64,000 nt of DNA, from contig JAFMHB010000003.1 in NCBI GenBank assembly GCA_017854795.1, forward strand, positions 81,076 through 145,075, read 5' to 3'. Positions 1 through 9,724 of this stretch are shown here, in pieces (position 1 is the first letter of the stretch; each line of letters begins with the position of its first letter). The notes under the pieces are model-generated. The model did not search any database. It was not told where the DNA came from and saw only the letters and a program-made list of their open reading frames with translations. Both the position numbers and the translations under genes were made by a program. This DNA is from Candidatus Nanopelagicales bacterium (lineage in GTDB: Bacteria; Actinomycetota; Actinomycetes; S36-B12).

Positions 1-1
1 C

Positions 2-781
2 GTCAAGGTTGGTCTCAAAGCCCAGTCGACGCATATTGTCCGCAGTGATGTCAACCGACGGCATCGAAGGACCGTTAGCCATCGGGCCCATTGCTGTATG
101 CAAGATATGAATCCCCGCTTTGGCAGCTGTGAGGTAGTTCAGGGTGCTGATCCCGGTCGTGTTGTGGAAATGTGCTTCCAGCGGGACCCCGTTAGCGGCC
201 TCAACCATGCGCGGTATCCAGGTTGCTGCACGCTCGGGTGAAAGCACGCCGGCTTCGTCACCCAAGATAATCGTTTCAGTACCCCAAGTAGACATTTCGC
301 GAACAATGTTTGCGTAGAAGTCGTCTGTGTGTACCGGCGAATCAGCGAACATAACTTGCGGAGCGGACTGTGCGCCTGCATCCTGAACGATGCCACTCAT
401 CCACTTCATTTCATCAAGGTTGAATAAGCAGTCGAAGATCCACATGCTGCCGATACCGTGCTTCACCAAAGTTCGAACCCACAGTTCCAAGATCGACCTC
501 GGTGTCAAGCCCATTCCGACAATGGCATTGGCTCGGGATCCAGCTCTCAGTCGACTCTTCGGCATGGCTGCTCGAATTAGGTCAAGACCCTCCCACGGAT
601 TTTCGCGGCAATAACGAACAAGGACTTCCATCAGACTGGAGCCGGTTAAGTCGACAATGTGATAACCCATGCTGTCTATGTCAGCGGCAATGGGAAGGCT
701 ATGACCCGCACGCATCCGCATACCCCACAGACTTTGTTGGCCATCGCGGAGGGTTTGGTCGATGAACTTGATTTCGGTCAC
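2..781 (-). CDS. Pyruvate carboxylase subunit B / oxaloacetate decarboxylase alpha-like carboxyltransferase, 5' part (runs off the left edge; absent from the ORF track)
   Basis: Hand translation from GTG at 781 (GTGA overlap with the accC stop) gives MTEIKFIDQTLRDGQQSLWGMRM...RENPWEGLDL...ETIILGDEAGVL...EAHFHN...MANGPSMP. The frame is open to the window edge and is a clear paralog of 6403..7863. Confidence 0.9.
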   Translation of the reverse strand, partial: MTEIKFIDQTLRDGQQSLWGMRMRAGHSLPIAADIDSMGYHIVDLTGSSLMEVLVRYCRENPWEGLDLIRAAMPKSRLRAGSRANAIVGMGLTPRSILELWVRTLVKHGIGSMWIFDCLFNLDEMKWMSGIVQDAGAQSAPQVMFADSPVHTDDFYANIVREMSTWGTETIILGDEAGVLSPERAATWIPRMVEAANGVPLEAHFHNTTGISTLNYLTAAKAGIHILHTAMGPMANGPSMPSVDITADNMRRLGFETNLD

Positions 782-2175
782 GATGGCATCTTCTCCTTGG
801 ATTCGTTGTCTTGGTTCTCGTTTGTCCAGCGGGGTAGGAAGTCCTGTTCGACCCACCGCGTGTGGTGTCGCTGTTGCGCGAAGTCTTGGTCTGCGACAAC
901 ACTGATCAGAAACTCTCGATTTGTTGTCACTCCATCGACTTTCAGGTGCTTGAGTGCCCGGCCCATTCGCGTTACCGCGTCACCGCGATCCGAGCCGTGC
1001 GTGAGCACCTTCGCGATCATCGAGTCGTAGTAGGGTGGAATCAGATATCCGCCGTAGACGTGGCTATCAACGCGGACCCCTCCTCCTTGAGGTGGAATCC
1101 ACTTTGTCACACGACCGGGCGCAGGCATGAAGTTATTTCGGGGGTCCTCAGCATTGACCCGGCACTCAATTGCATGGCCCGTGAGGTGGACCTCCGCTTG
1201 AGTAATCGACAGTGGCTCTCCCGCGGCAATACGCAACTGCTCGCGAACAATGTCAACTCCGGTAACGAGTTCGGTGACGGGGTGCTCAACCTGCACCCGC
1301 GTGTTCACTTCAAGAAAGGCGAACTCTCCCGTGATTGCGTCGACGACAAACTCAACAGTTGCAGCGCCTACGTAGTCCAGCGCCCGGCAGAGTTCAACAG
1401 CAGAAACATGCAGTGCCTCTCGCACCTCCAGTGGTATCGAAATAGCAGGAGCTTCTTCCACGACCTTTTGATATCGGCGCTGGGCCGAGCAGTCACGCTC
1501 ACCCAAGTGAATTACATGACCATGCATGTCGGCCAAGATTTGAACCTCTACGTGCCGCGCTTGTGTAATGAACTTCTCAACATAAACGCGACCGTCACCA
1601 AAGGCTTGCAGGGCTTCGTTGCTGGCTGATGCATACTTTTCATCAAGGTCGGAAAGCTCGTTGACAAGCACCATGCCACGACCACCACCGCCGGCCGCCG
1701 CCTTCAAGAGAACGGGTAACCCAATTGCCTCTACTTGGGTGCGCGCTGCCTCGAGACTTTCAAGTGCTGCGCTACCGGCACCGGTATTGATACCCACTGA
1801 CTCGGCCACAGCGCGTGCCTGAATTTTGTCCCCTCCTCGGCGAATTGTTTCACCTGAGGGTCCGATAAAAATAATTCCGTTTTCAACGCATGCATCAGCA
1901 AGTTCAGGGCGTTCCGCGAGGAAACCATACCCGGGGTGGAGCGCATCACAGCCGGTTGCAAGTGCTGCTTGCATTACCCGATTTATATCTAAATAACTTT
2001 CCGTCGAGGCCCCTGGGCCAATGCACACCACGTAGTCGGCCAAGTAGGCAGCCATACTCTCCCGATCAGCCTCGGACACGATTGCGACAGACTCCACACC
2101 TTCATCCGCGCATGCGCGAATGATGCGGACCGCAATCTCGCCGCGGTTTGCAACTAGGACTCTTCGAAGGGCCAT
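778..2175 (-). CDS. accC: Biotin carboxylase subunit
   Basis: VLVANRGEIAVRII, HPGYGFLAE, KAAAGGGGRGM, ERDCSAQRRYQK, EVNTRVQVEHPVTE and YYDSMIAK motifs. Confidence 0.95.
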   Translation of the reverse strand: MALRRVLVANRGEIAVRIIRACADEGVESVAIVSEADRESMAAYLADYVVCIGPGASTESYLDINRVMQAALATGCDALHPGYGFLAERPELADACVENGIIFIGPSGETIRRGGDKIQARAVAESVGINTGAGSAALESLEAARTQVEAIGLPVLLKAAAGGGGRGMVLVNELSDLDEKYASASNEALQAFGDGRVYVEKFITQARHVEVQILADMHGHVIHLGERDCSAQRRYQKVVEEAPAISIPLEVREALHVSAVELCRALDYVGAATVEFVVDAITGEFAFLEVNTRVQVEHPVTELVTGVDIVREQLRIAAGEPLSITQAEVHLTGHAIECRVNAEDPRNNFMPAPGRVTKWIPPQGGGVRVDSHVYGGYLIPPYYDSMIAKVLTHGSDRGDAVTRMGRALKHLKVDGVTTNREFLISVVADQDFAQQRHHTRWVEQDFLPRWTNENQDNESKEKMPS

Positions 2176-2183
2176 CGATGCCG

Positions 2184-2714
2184 CTACTCGTGTGGGCGAA
2201 TAACGACGAGGAGTTGTCCAAACTCGACCATCTGACCGTTATCCGGTTCAACAGCTACGACTGTGCCAGATACACCAGCCTTGACGTGGTTCATCAGTTT
2301 CATGACTTCGACGATCCCGACGGTATCTTCTGCGTCTACCTCTTGGCCGATGGTCACGAACTCGGGGGCCCCCGGCTGAGGTGAGCGCCAAAAAAGTCCC
2401 AGGGAAGGTGCCTTGACGCTATGGCCGTCTACCGAATTGCTGGCGACCGCGGGCTGACCAGCGCTCGAATGTGTCTCAACGTCAGACGCGGGGGTGGCAG
2501 CAGGGCTGTCCTGCGGAGCGGGAGTTGCAACGGGGGGAGGAGCTATCGTCTGGGAAACGGCAAGCCCTGAATTGCGGTCCGCAGAAACCTCGGGGGGGCG
2601 CCCTGTTCTGGTCAGTTCAAGGGTTGTATCTCCAATTCGAACGGACATTTCACCCCAGTCGGATGCATCAAAAGTAGCAACGAGCGCTTTGATATCTTCC
2701 GGGGTGAGGGCCAT
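2184..2714 (-). CDS. accB: Biotin carboxyl carrier protein
   Basis: EVMKLMN biotinylation motif and a Pro/Ala-rich linker. Start moved to ATG 2714 (GAAAGG RBS 6 nt upstream); 2720 is an alternative. Confidence 0.92.
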   Translation of the reverse strand: MALTPEDIKALVATFDASDWGEMSVRIGDTTLELTRTGRPPEVSADRNSGLAVSQTIAPPPVATPAPQDSPAATPASDVETHSSAGQPAVASNSVDGHSVKAPSLGLFWRSPQPGAPEFVTIGQEVDAEDTVGIVEVMKLMNHVKAGVSGTVVAVEPDNGQMVEFGQLLVVIRPHE

Positions 2715-2762
2715 GGCCATCCTTTCGACTTGGGTATCCACAGGATTCCCATAACTAACACA

Positions 2763-2775
2763 GAGGTCCGATGTT
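2763..2775. promoter_or_regulatory. Degenerate copy of the putative FadR/GntR operator (GAGGTCCGATGTT) in the accB/regulator divergent region
   Basis: The right half matches the AACATCNGATGTT palindrome seen at 9531 and 19428. Confidence 0.5.
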
Positions 2776-2868
2776 TGATGCATACTAGTGCCAGGGAGGA
2801 ACCAAGACAATGAGAACTCTAAAAATAGTCCGTTCGGCTTTCGCGGTCGCAAACCAGAATGAACGCGG

Positions 2869-3645
2869 ATGAGCGTCACCGACAGCACAATAGTTAAAAT
2901 TCGCGATCTGATCGTGAGTGGTCAAATCAAGCCAGGTGATCGTCTGCCCCCAGAGCAAGAACTCGCCCTCTCCATGGGAATCTCACGAAGTTCGCTTCGT
3001 GAAGCCGTCAAAGCACTGAGTCAGGCAAAAGTACTCGACGTACGACGAGGAGATGGCACCTATGTGACCAGCCTCGAGCCCCAATTGCTGTTGTCCGGAT
3101 TGTCCTTCGTCATTGATCTGATGGAAGACCGGACTCTCGCTGACATTTTTGAGGTCCGCAAACTCCTAGAACCATCGTCGACCGCCCTTGCTGCGCAGCG
3201 AATCACCGATGTGCAACTGGAGGAACTTCGAGCCAGCATGGTCTCAATGCGTGAGGCCCACGACCCAGAAGAACTCGTTATCCGCGATATGGACTTCCAC
3301 GCCCAGATTGCAGAGGCGACTGGTAACGCCAGCCTCTGCTCAATCCTTGATGCAATCTCTTCCCGTGCTGTACGTGCTCGCGTGTGGCGCGCCTCGATGG
3401 TCGGCATGAAAACGATGACGTTGTCAGCACACCAACTCATTCTTGAAGCCCTTACCGACCGTGACCCTTCGCTGGCGCACGCGGCCGCAACCGTCCATGT
3501 CTCGGAATCAGAACGTTGGTTAAATGAGCACCTCTCAGTGCAAAAGCCTCACGGAAAAGTACCTTCGCGCAGCAATACGCAAATTCACGGTGAGACCCAC
3601 ATGCAAATGACTCAGACCCCCGTTGAACAAGGAGCTGTAACGTGA
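2869..3645 (+). CDS. FadR/GntR-family transcriptional regulator (wHTH + FCD)
   Basis: GQIKPGDRLPPEQELA...ISRSSLREAVKAL...RRGDGTYV, plus FCD motif DMDFHAQIAEATGN. Confidence 0.95.
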   Translation: MSVTDSTIVKIRDLIVSGQIKPGDRLPPEQELALSMGISRSSLREAVKALSQAKVLDVRRGDGTYVTSLEPQLLLSGLSFVIDLMEDRTLADIFEVRKLLEPSSTALAAQRITDVQLEELRASMVSMREAHDPEELVIRDMDFHAQIAEATGNASLCSILDAISSRAVRARVWRASMVGMKTMTLSAHQLILEALTDRDPSLAHAAATVHVSESERWLNEHLSVQKPHGKVPSRSNTQIHGETHMQMTQTPVEQGAVT

Positions 3646-4880
3646 GTGATCCGATTGTCCTTTCTGGTGTGGGTATCACCCCATTCGGTCGGCAGCCCGA
3701 AGAAACAGTGGCATCATTGGCTGCTGCCGCTACGGCTGCAGCAATCCTTGACTCAGGGATTGCGCCAGCTGATATCGGGGTTGTTGTATTTGCAAACTCA
3801 ACTCAGGGGGCAATGGACGGGCAACATGGGATCCGCGGGCAGTTGGCCCTGTCCGGGATCGACCTCGGTGTTGTCCCGATTATCAATGTGGAAAACGCCT
3901 GCTGTAGCGCCACAACCGCACTTCAAGTTGCAACGGCCTACGTTCGCGCCGGAATGGCACGACATGCTTTGGTCGTCGGGTCCGAAGTGATGACCCAAGC
4001 AAAACCTGAAGCAATCCTGGCCGCCTTCGAGGGGAGTTGGGATGTCGCTCATCGCGATGAGAGCATTGCTCGGCTAACTGACTGGGGCAGCGGAACACCT
4101 GCACCCGCGGATGCCATCGAATTAGCCAGTCGCACAGTCTTCATGGACATATATGCCGCTTTTGCGCGTGATCATATGACCCGATTTGGGAGCACTGCCG
4201 AACAGTTTGCCGCCGTGAGCGCGAAGAATCACATGCACTCGGTTCACAACCCCAACGCTCAGTTCCAGAAGCCCTTCACGGTGGAGGAGATTCTGGCCAG
4301 CAAACAAGTTGTGTGGCCACTCACCGTTCCGATGTGCTCACCCATCAGTGATGGAGCAGCCGCAGCCGTGGTGTCACATCTCGCCGATGCAGCATCTCCT
4401 GACCGGGCCATTGTCATTCGCGGCATTGCCCTCGGACATGGAGGCGCTTGGGATGGTAAAGATCCCCAAGATCACGTCAGTCATCGCACGGCACTACGTG
4501 CTTATCAAGAAGCAGGCCTCACACCCGCGGACGTCGACGTCGCAGAAGTACATGACGCCACAGCGGTGGGTGAAGTTCAACAGATCGAACATATGGGACT
4601 TGTTCCCTATGGTGATGGCGGCGCGGCAGCACAGCGCGGCGATACAGCAATTGGAGGATCGATTCCTGTTAATCCTTCGGGAGGATTGGAATCACGCGGA
4701 CACCCAATTGGCGCGACCGGACTAGCACAAATTCATGAACTCGTCACTCAACTTCGGGGTGATGCGGGGGCGCGACAGGTTGACGGTGCGCGGATTGCGC
4801 TTGCTGAAAATAGTGGCGGACTTGTCGGGGTAGAGGAGGCCGCCGTGGCGGTGACGCTGCTCGAGGCGCGGGGCAAATGA
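3642..4880 (+). CDS. SCP-x/TioL-type thiolase family protein
   Basis: NVENACCSA (active Cys), AEVHDA, NPSGGLESRGHPIGATG. Confidence 0.9.
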   Translation: MSDPIVLSGVGITPFGRQPEETVASLAAAATAAAILDSGIAPADIGVVVFANSTQGAMDGQHGIRGQLALSGIDLGVVPIINVENACCSATTALQVATAYVRAGMARHALVVGSEVMTQAKPEAILAAFEGSWDVAHRDESIARLTDWGSGTPAPADAIELASRTVFMDIYAAFARDHMTRFGSTAEQFAAVSAKNHMHSVHNPNAQFQKPFTVEEILASKQVVWPLTVPMCSPISDGAAAAVVSHLADAASPDRAIVIRGIALGHGGAWDGKDPQDHVSHRTALRAYQEAGLTPADVDVAEVHDATAVGEVQQIEHMGLVPYGDGGAAAQRGDTAIGGSIPVNPSGGLESRGHPIGATGLAQIHELVTQLRGDAGARQVDGARIALAENSGGLVGVEEAAVAVTLLEARGK

Positions 4881-6406
4881 ACCTGGCGGAACTCCTGATT
4901 GCATCTGCTCGACGTGTCCCATTTTCAGTAGCACTAGTGTCGGGAAACCAACCCATCGCAACGTTTCGCAGTCTTGCTCAGCGGGTGGCTGGCCGAGCCC
5001 ACACCTTGACCAAACAACATGGCATCGGTCCTGGGCATCGGGTTGCAATTTATGCCGAGAACAGCCCTGATTACCTCGAGTACCTTCTCGCAATCTGGTG
5101 GACCGGTGCAACAGCTATCCCGATGAGCGCAATGCTGCACCCTCGTGAAGTAGTTGCATTACTCCTTGACTCACGGTCATCCCTCTGTCTTGTGTCAACG
5201 ATTAAAGCCAACGAGTTAGCGTCAGAGTTGGTCCCGTGCCTTGTGCTTGAATGCAGGGAAGTGAGAGTCGCGGACCACACCGACCCGCCGCGGGTAATGG
5301 AATCCTTTGATCCAGCTTGGATTTTCTACACGAGTGGGACCACCGGAACCCCCAAGGGTGCTGTCCTCACGCACGGCAACCTCATGGCAATGACTTTGGC
5401 TTATCTCAGTGATGTCGAACCCCTCGACGAACGTTCGGGGCTACTACATCTCGCTCTCATGAGCCATGCGGGTGGACTTTTTTCACTTCCTTTTATCGCT
5501 CGAGGGGGACGCCAGGTTGTACCTGAGTCGTGCACTGCCGATCCCGCCGAAACGTGGTCACTGCTCGCAGACCAGTCAGCCTTAAGTCTGTTCGCACCCC
5601 CGGTTCTTTTGCGGCGACTTGTTAATGCACCAGAGGCAGACCCAAGCGCGGCCGAGCACATGGGCACTGTCCTTGTTGGTGCAGCGCCGGTGCTGGTCAA
5701 CGACCTTGTAACGGGGGTCGAAGTGTTCGGTCCACGAATTTGGAATGGCTATGGTCAAGGTGAAACCCCGTGCACGATCACGGCCCTGGACGCACGCAGT
5801 ATCGGCAGCGCCGTTGCCACTTCAGACCTTGATCTGCTGCGCAGTGTCGGCTATCCACGAATCGGAACCGAGGTGCGCGTTGTTGACAACGACGCCCGTA
5901 CCTGTCCCGATGGGGAGCCCGGTGAAATCACGGTTCATGGACCCACCGTCATGTCGGGCTACTGGGACCGGCCAACCGCTACCGCAGAGGCGATCCGTGA
6001 TGGCTGGCTGCATACCGGCGATATCGGGGTGTTTCACAACGGAGCCCTCACCTTGCTCGACCGCAGTAAAGATCTCGTCATTACCGGTGGAGCCAATGTT
6101 TACCCCCGAGAAGTAGAAGATGTCCTCCTCTCGCATGACACCGTGACCGACGTCGCCGTGATAGGGATGCCCGATGACGAATGGGGTGAGCGTGTGGTGG
6201 CTTTCATTGTCCCCTCAATCGCCGGCAACATTTCAAAGACAGAACTTGACGCCTACTGCATTGCGAACATAGCCCGCTACAAACGCCCAAAGGAGTATCA
6301 CCAAGTCTCGACCCTTCCACGTAATGGGGCAGGGAAAGTCCTCAAAAACGAACTACGTGCAACCCTCACCGACTCAATTACCAGCCAAATTAAGGAGCAA
6401 CCATGA
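4877..6406 (+). CDS. Acyl/aryl-CoA ligase (AMP-binding)
   Basis: FYTSGTTGTPKG, GYGQGE, WLHTGDIG, and GKVLK with the catalytic Lys. Confidence 0.92.
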   Translation: MNLAELLIASARRVPFSVALVSGNQPIATFRSLAQRVAGRAHTLTKQHGIGPGHRVAIYAENSPDYLEYLLAIWWTGATAIPMSAMLHPREVVALLLDSRSSLCLVSTIKANELASELVPCLVLECREVRVADHTDPPRVMESFDPAWIFYTSGTTGTPKGAVLTHGNLMAMTLAYLSDVEPLDERSGLLHLALMSHAGGLFSLPFIARGGRQVVPESCTADPAETWSLLADQSALSLFAPPVLLRRLVNAPEADPSAAEHMGTVLVGAAPVLVNDLVTGVEVFGPRIWNGYGQGETPCTITALDARSIGSAVATSDLDLLRSVGYPRIGTEVRVVDNDARTCPDGEPGEITVHGPTVMSGYWDRPTATAEAIRDGWLHTGDIGVFHNGALTLLDRSKDLVITGGANVYPREVEDVLLSHDTVTDVAVIGMPDDEWGERVVAFIVPSIAGNISKTELDAYCIANIARYKRPKEYHQVSTLPRNGAGKVLKNELRATLTDSITSQIKEQP

Positions 6407-7863
6407 CCCACATTGATTTTCTTGACAGCACACTTCGTGACGGACAGCAAAGTTTGTGGGGCATGCGCATGCAAGCCGCTATGGCATTACCGGTGGCACC
6501 CATTTTGGATCGCGCCGGCTTCAAAGTAATTGACGCCGCCGCGAGTTCCTTCTTTGAAGTCCTCATCAAATACAAGCGTGAGAATCCATGGCAGGGACTG
6601 GATCTGTTGATGGGAGCTATCCGCCGTACGCCTGTGCGCGGTGGGATGCGCTCGAATGCGTGCATCAGCTTCGGGACAACTCCCGATGCGCTGATGGACA
6701 TCTGGATGCGGCAACTCAACGAGCACGGTGTCCGAAGCTACTGGATTTACGACGGGTTATTCAATATCGACAAGATGGCACGCCTTGCGCGAATTGCAAA
6801 GCAATACAATTCAGAAGTAGCTGGCACGGTCATTTTCGCCATGTCTCCTGTTCACACCGACGAGTACTACGCGGACAAAGTGCGCAAACTCGCAGCCATT
6901 CCCGAGGTTGACACGATTCTTCTTTATGACACCGCGGGTGTGCTTCATACCGACCGGTTACGAACACTTGTTCCGGCATTTGTGGAAAACGCCGGTGGCA
7001 AGCCGATCGAGATGCACTCCAATAACCTGATGGGTATCTCTGGAATGGCCTACTGTGAGGCTGTTCGCCTTGGCGTAAAAGTGCTGCACACGACAGTGCG
7101 CTCAATGGCGAACGGGCCATCAACTCCCAGTACCGAAAGCATGATTCGCAATATTGAACTTATGGGGTACACGCATTCGGTTAATGGTGCCCTGCTGGGA
7201 GCGGTCTCGGACCACTTCGAAAGGGTGGGAAAACAAGAAGGACACCTGGTAAATCAATTTGCCGAGTACGACCTTTTTAGTCTTCAACATCAGATTCCTG
7301 GCGGCATGACCGGCACGTTGAAAGCCCAACTCGAGCAGTACGGGATGACAGACCGCTTGGGAGAGGTGCTCGAAGAAACCGCTCGTGTTCGTCGCGAGTT
7401 GGGTTACCCAATGATGGTGACGCCATTTAGTCAGTTGGTCGGCATCCAAGCCGTACTCAACGTTGTTACCGGAAACCGCTACTCCGTTGTTCCCGACGAG
7501 GTCGTCCAGTACGCCGCGGGTTACTACGGGGAGACTCCGGCTCCCATTGAGCCAGACATTCTTGATCGCATTATGGCCGCTCCTCGAGCCGCGGAAATCT
7601 TTGCTAATCCGCCCGAGCAACCCACAGAGGATGAACTGCGCAAGAAGTTTGGGACTACAGACGACGACGAGTTGGTCCTGAAGGCATTGGTACCGCAGTT
7701 TGACCTTGACGCAATGTATGCCGCCGGCCCGACCAAACGTGACTATCCACTCGCAAGCTCCGAGGTGCTGCAGGTTCGGCAACTGGTCTCCGCCATCAAC
7801 GCGCCCTACGCCCGCGTTGCAACGGAGTCAATGGACATCGTGCTCCGCAGGTCGGGTGCATAA
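6403..7863 (+). CDS. Pyruvate carboxylase subunit B-like carboxyltransferase without its own biotinyl domain
   Basis: DSTLRDGQQSLWG, RENPW, HQIPGGM, ELGYPMMVTPFSQ. The canonical KDMAG is replaced by YDTAG and HxH by HSN. Confidence 0.88.
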   Translation: MTHIDFLDSTLRDGQQSLWGMRMQAAMALPVAPILDRAGFKVIDAAASSFFEVLIKYKRENPWQGLDLLMGAIRRTPVRGGMRSNACISFGTTPDALMDIWMRQLNEHGVRSYWIYDGLFNIDKMARLARIAKQYNSEVAGTVIFAMSPVHTDEYYADKVRKLAAIPEVDTILLYDTAGVLHTDRLRTLVPAFVENAGGKPIEMHSNNLMGISGMAYCEAVRLGVKVLHTTVRSMANGPSTPSTESMIRNIELMGYTHSVNGALLGAVSDHFERVGKQEGHLVNQFAEYDLFSLQHQIPGGMTGTLKAQLEQYGMTDRLGEVLEETARVRRELGYPMMVTPFSQLVGIQAVLNVVTGNRYSVVPDEVVQYAAGYYGETPAPIEPDILDRIMAAPRAAEIFANPPEQPTEDELRKKFGTTDDDELVLKALVPQFDLDAMYAAGPTKRDYPLASSEVLQVRQLVSAINAPYARVATESMDIVLRRSGA

Positions 7864-7873
7864 GAACCTGGGT

Positions 7874-8614
7874 TTAGCCCAGCAAATCGGCTCCCCCATA
7901 AACAAACAATGTTTGGCCGGTGATCATGGACGCATCACTGGAGATGAGGAAGCGCGCAGTCGCGCAGTAGTCCTCGGGCACTACAAGACGCCCACTGGGG
8001 TTTTTTGCCTTGGCTGCCGCGATAACTTCGTCCGTTCGATCGCCAAAAACATCACGCAGTGCATCGGTGTCCTGGGTACTGGGGGCGAGACCGTTGACGC
8101 GAATGCCGAACGGGGCAAGTTCAACAGCCAAGTAACGAATAAGACCATCAGCATACGACTTGGCTGGTCCAACCGTGCCGTAGCCGGCAACGTAGGTGCG
8201 AACACCCCGACTGGTGAGGTACAAAACCGCACTCCCCCGATCCAAATTCGGCCTGGCAGCACGAGTGAGCCACAACAAAGACGTTGCATTCACAGCCAAG
8301 GTGTGTGCAAGATCCTCGTCACTGAGATCCATCAGCGGCCCAGTAACTACACGCACGGTGCTGTGAATCAAAACCCGAATTGGTTCTGCCAACGCGGCAG
8401 CGGCAGCAATAAGTTCCCTCACGCCTTCTTGAGTTCCGGTATCGGCGCGAACAATGGTCACGATTCGCCCGGCGGCCTCCAATCGCACCCGGGCCGACTC
8501 CGCGGCCGCGTCATCGGATCCATACCCGATTACAACGTTCTCCCCGGGCTCGCTCACACCATGTGCAAGTTCAAGGCCGATTCCTTTACTGCCACCTGCA
8601 ACAACAACACTCAT
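7874..8614 (-). CDS. SDR, FabL/FabI-like enoyl reductase type
   Basis: GGSKGIG; YGTVGPAK has YxxxxxxK spacing; ITGQTLFVYGG; GAGGAG RBS. Confidence 0.82.
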   Translation of the reverse strand: MSVVVAGGSKGIGLELAHGVSEPGENVVIGYGSDDAAAESARVRLEAAGRIVTIVRADTGTQEGVRELIAAAAALAEPIRVLIHSTVRVVTGPLMDLSDEDLAHTLAVNATSLLWLTRAARPNLDRGSAVLYLTSRGVRTYVAGYGTVGPAKSYADGLIRYLAVELAPFGIRVNGLAPSTQDTDALRDVFGDRTDEVIAAAKAKNPSGRLVVPEDYCATARFLISSDASMITGQTLFVYGGADLLG

Positions 8615-8637
8615 ATTTCACTCCTCGGTTGGTCAAC

Positions 8638-9531
8638 ATGAGCGCCCATGCCCGCGGCCTCAGTATCGGTTTCGTAACTGTACTGCTCTTTGGTGCGACA
8701 GTGATCTTGCAAGCCTCTCTTGTCAAAGAGGGTGTCAAGCCATTCGCAGCCGTGGGGATTCGTTATCTTGTCGCTGGGATTGTATGCCTTGTGATTGTCG
8801 TGATAACCCGCCAATCATTGTTGCCGCACAAGGGGGAGCGAATCCCCGCGGTGCTGCTCGGAGCGTTCGTCTATGGACTCCAAGCTGTGTTGTTCTACAG
8901 CGCACTTAATTACGGCACGGTTGCCTCCGTGTCACTTCTTTTCTACACGTATCCGGTAATTGTGCTCCTAGCATCGTTGGCCCTTGGGCTCCGAAGGTGG
9001 TCATGGCTAGCAGGTGGGTCAGCGGGGCTATCTGTCGTTGGCGCAGCTCTGGTTGTGGCAACGGGTCGCGCTGTCGCCATTGAACCAATCGGTATCGCGA
9101 TGGCATTGGGGTCAGCCTGTTGCGTTGCCGTCTTTCTACTTGCAAACAAACGACTCATCCCTACAACGCCCGCCATTGTGGCCGCGACGTGGGTCTCCTT
9201 TGGGGTCGCAACATCAACATTGCTAATTGCTTTCCTTTTGGGAGAGATAGAATCCTTTTCAGCGCGAGCGTGGCTTGTTTTGGTAATCTCAGGTGCCTTC
9301 ACCGGCGTCGGAACTGCCGGAATGTACGTTGCGTTGGCGTTATTGGGTCCGGCACCGGCGTCCGTGCTGCTGAGTCTGCAGACTGTCGTAGCAATCACGG
9401 GCTCGGCCCTGCTCCTTGGTCAACCAGTCTTAGCCGGGCAAATTGTTGGCGGCGCCGCCATTCTTGGTGCGATAGCGATTAGTGCCATCGGTACCCGCCG
9501 AGAATCTGCCGCAATCCCACGTCAGCAGTAA
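8638..9531 (+). CDS. DMT/EamA-family transporter
   Basis: About 10 hydrophobic segments in two repeats and an SLLFYTYPV motif. Start placed at ATG 8638. Confidence 0.85.
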   Translation: MSAHARGLSIGFVTVLLFGATVILQASLVKEGVKPFAAVGIRYLVAGIVCLVIVVITRQSLLPHKGERIPAVLLGAFVYGLQAVLFYSALNYGTVASVSLLFYTYPVIVLLASLALGLRRWSWLAGGSAGLSVVGAALVVATGRAVAIEPIGIAMALGSACCVAVFLLANKRLIPTTPAIVAATWVSFGVATSTLLIAFLLGEIESFSARAWLVLVISGAFTGVGTAGMYVALALLGPAPASVLLSLQTVVAITGSALLLGQPVLAGQIVGGAAILGAIAISAIGTRRESAAIPRQQ

Positions 9532-9543
9532 ACATCTGATGTT
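9531..9543. promoter_or_regulatory. Perfect palindrome AACATCTGATGTT, putative FadR/GntR operator
   Basis: 6-1-6 inverted repeat; the same core recurs at 19428. Confidence 0.65.
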
Positions 9544-9651
9544 GCCAAGATAGCCGGGGTGACTCTCGGTGTTAGGCCGCACGCTCGTTGGTGAGGCTTT
9601 GTGCGGGTTAAATATTTCTAAGAATCCCGACGTTACCCCCAAGATGCTTGC

Positions 9652-9666
9652 TATAGTTCCGATGTC
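9652..9666 (+). promoter_or_regulatory. -10 box TATAGT overlapped by an operator half-site (TAGTTCCGATGTC)
   Basis: Lies upstream of a strong RBS (AAGGAGG, 9714-9720) and ATG 9725. Confidence 0.5.
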
Positions 9667-9724
9667 TTCACCGACATGTTCGAGGACAACCGTTCACGAA
9701 TGTCCAGCCACCTAAGGAGGGTCC

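Noticed and set aside
862-1629. 255-aa plus-strand ORF
   Set aside because: Antisense shadow of accC with no recognisable motifs.
6403-7863. Calling this gene pycB/oadA
   Set aside because: It has no biotinyl domain, no OadB/OadG genes are nearby, and the active-site Lys and one His are substituted.
7120-8641. Long ORFs 7120..7782 (-) and 7700..8641 (+)
   Set aside because: Antisense shadows of the carboxyltransferase and the SDR.
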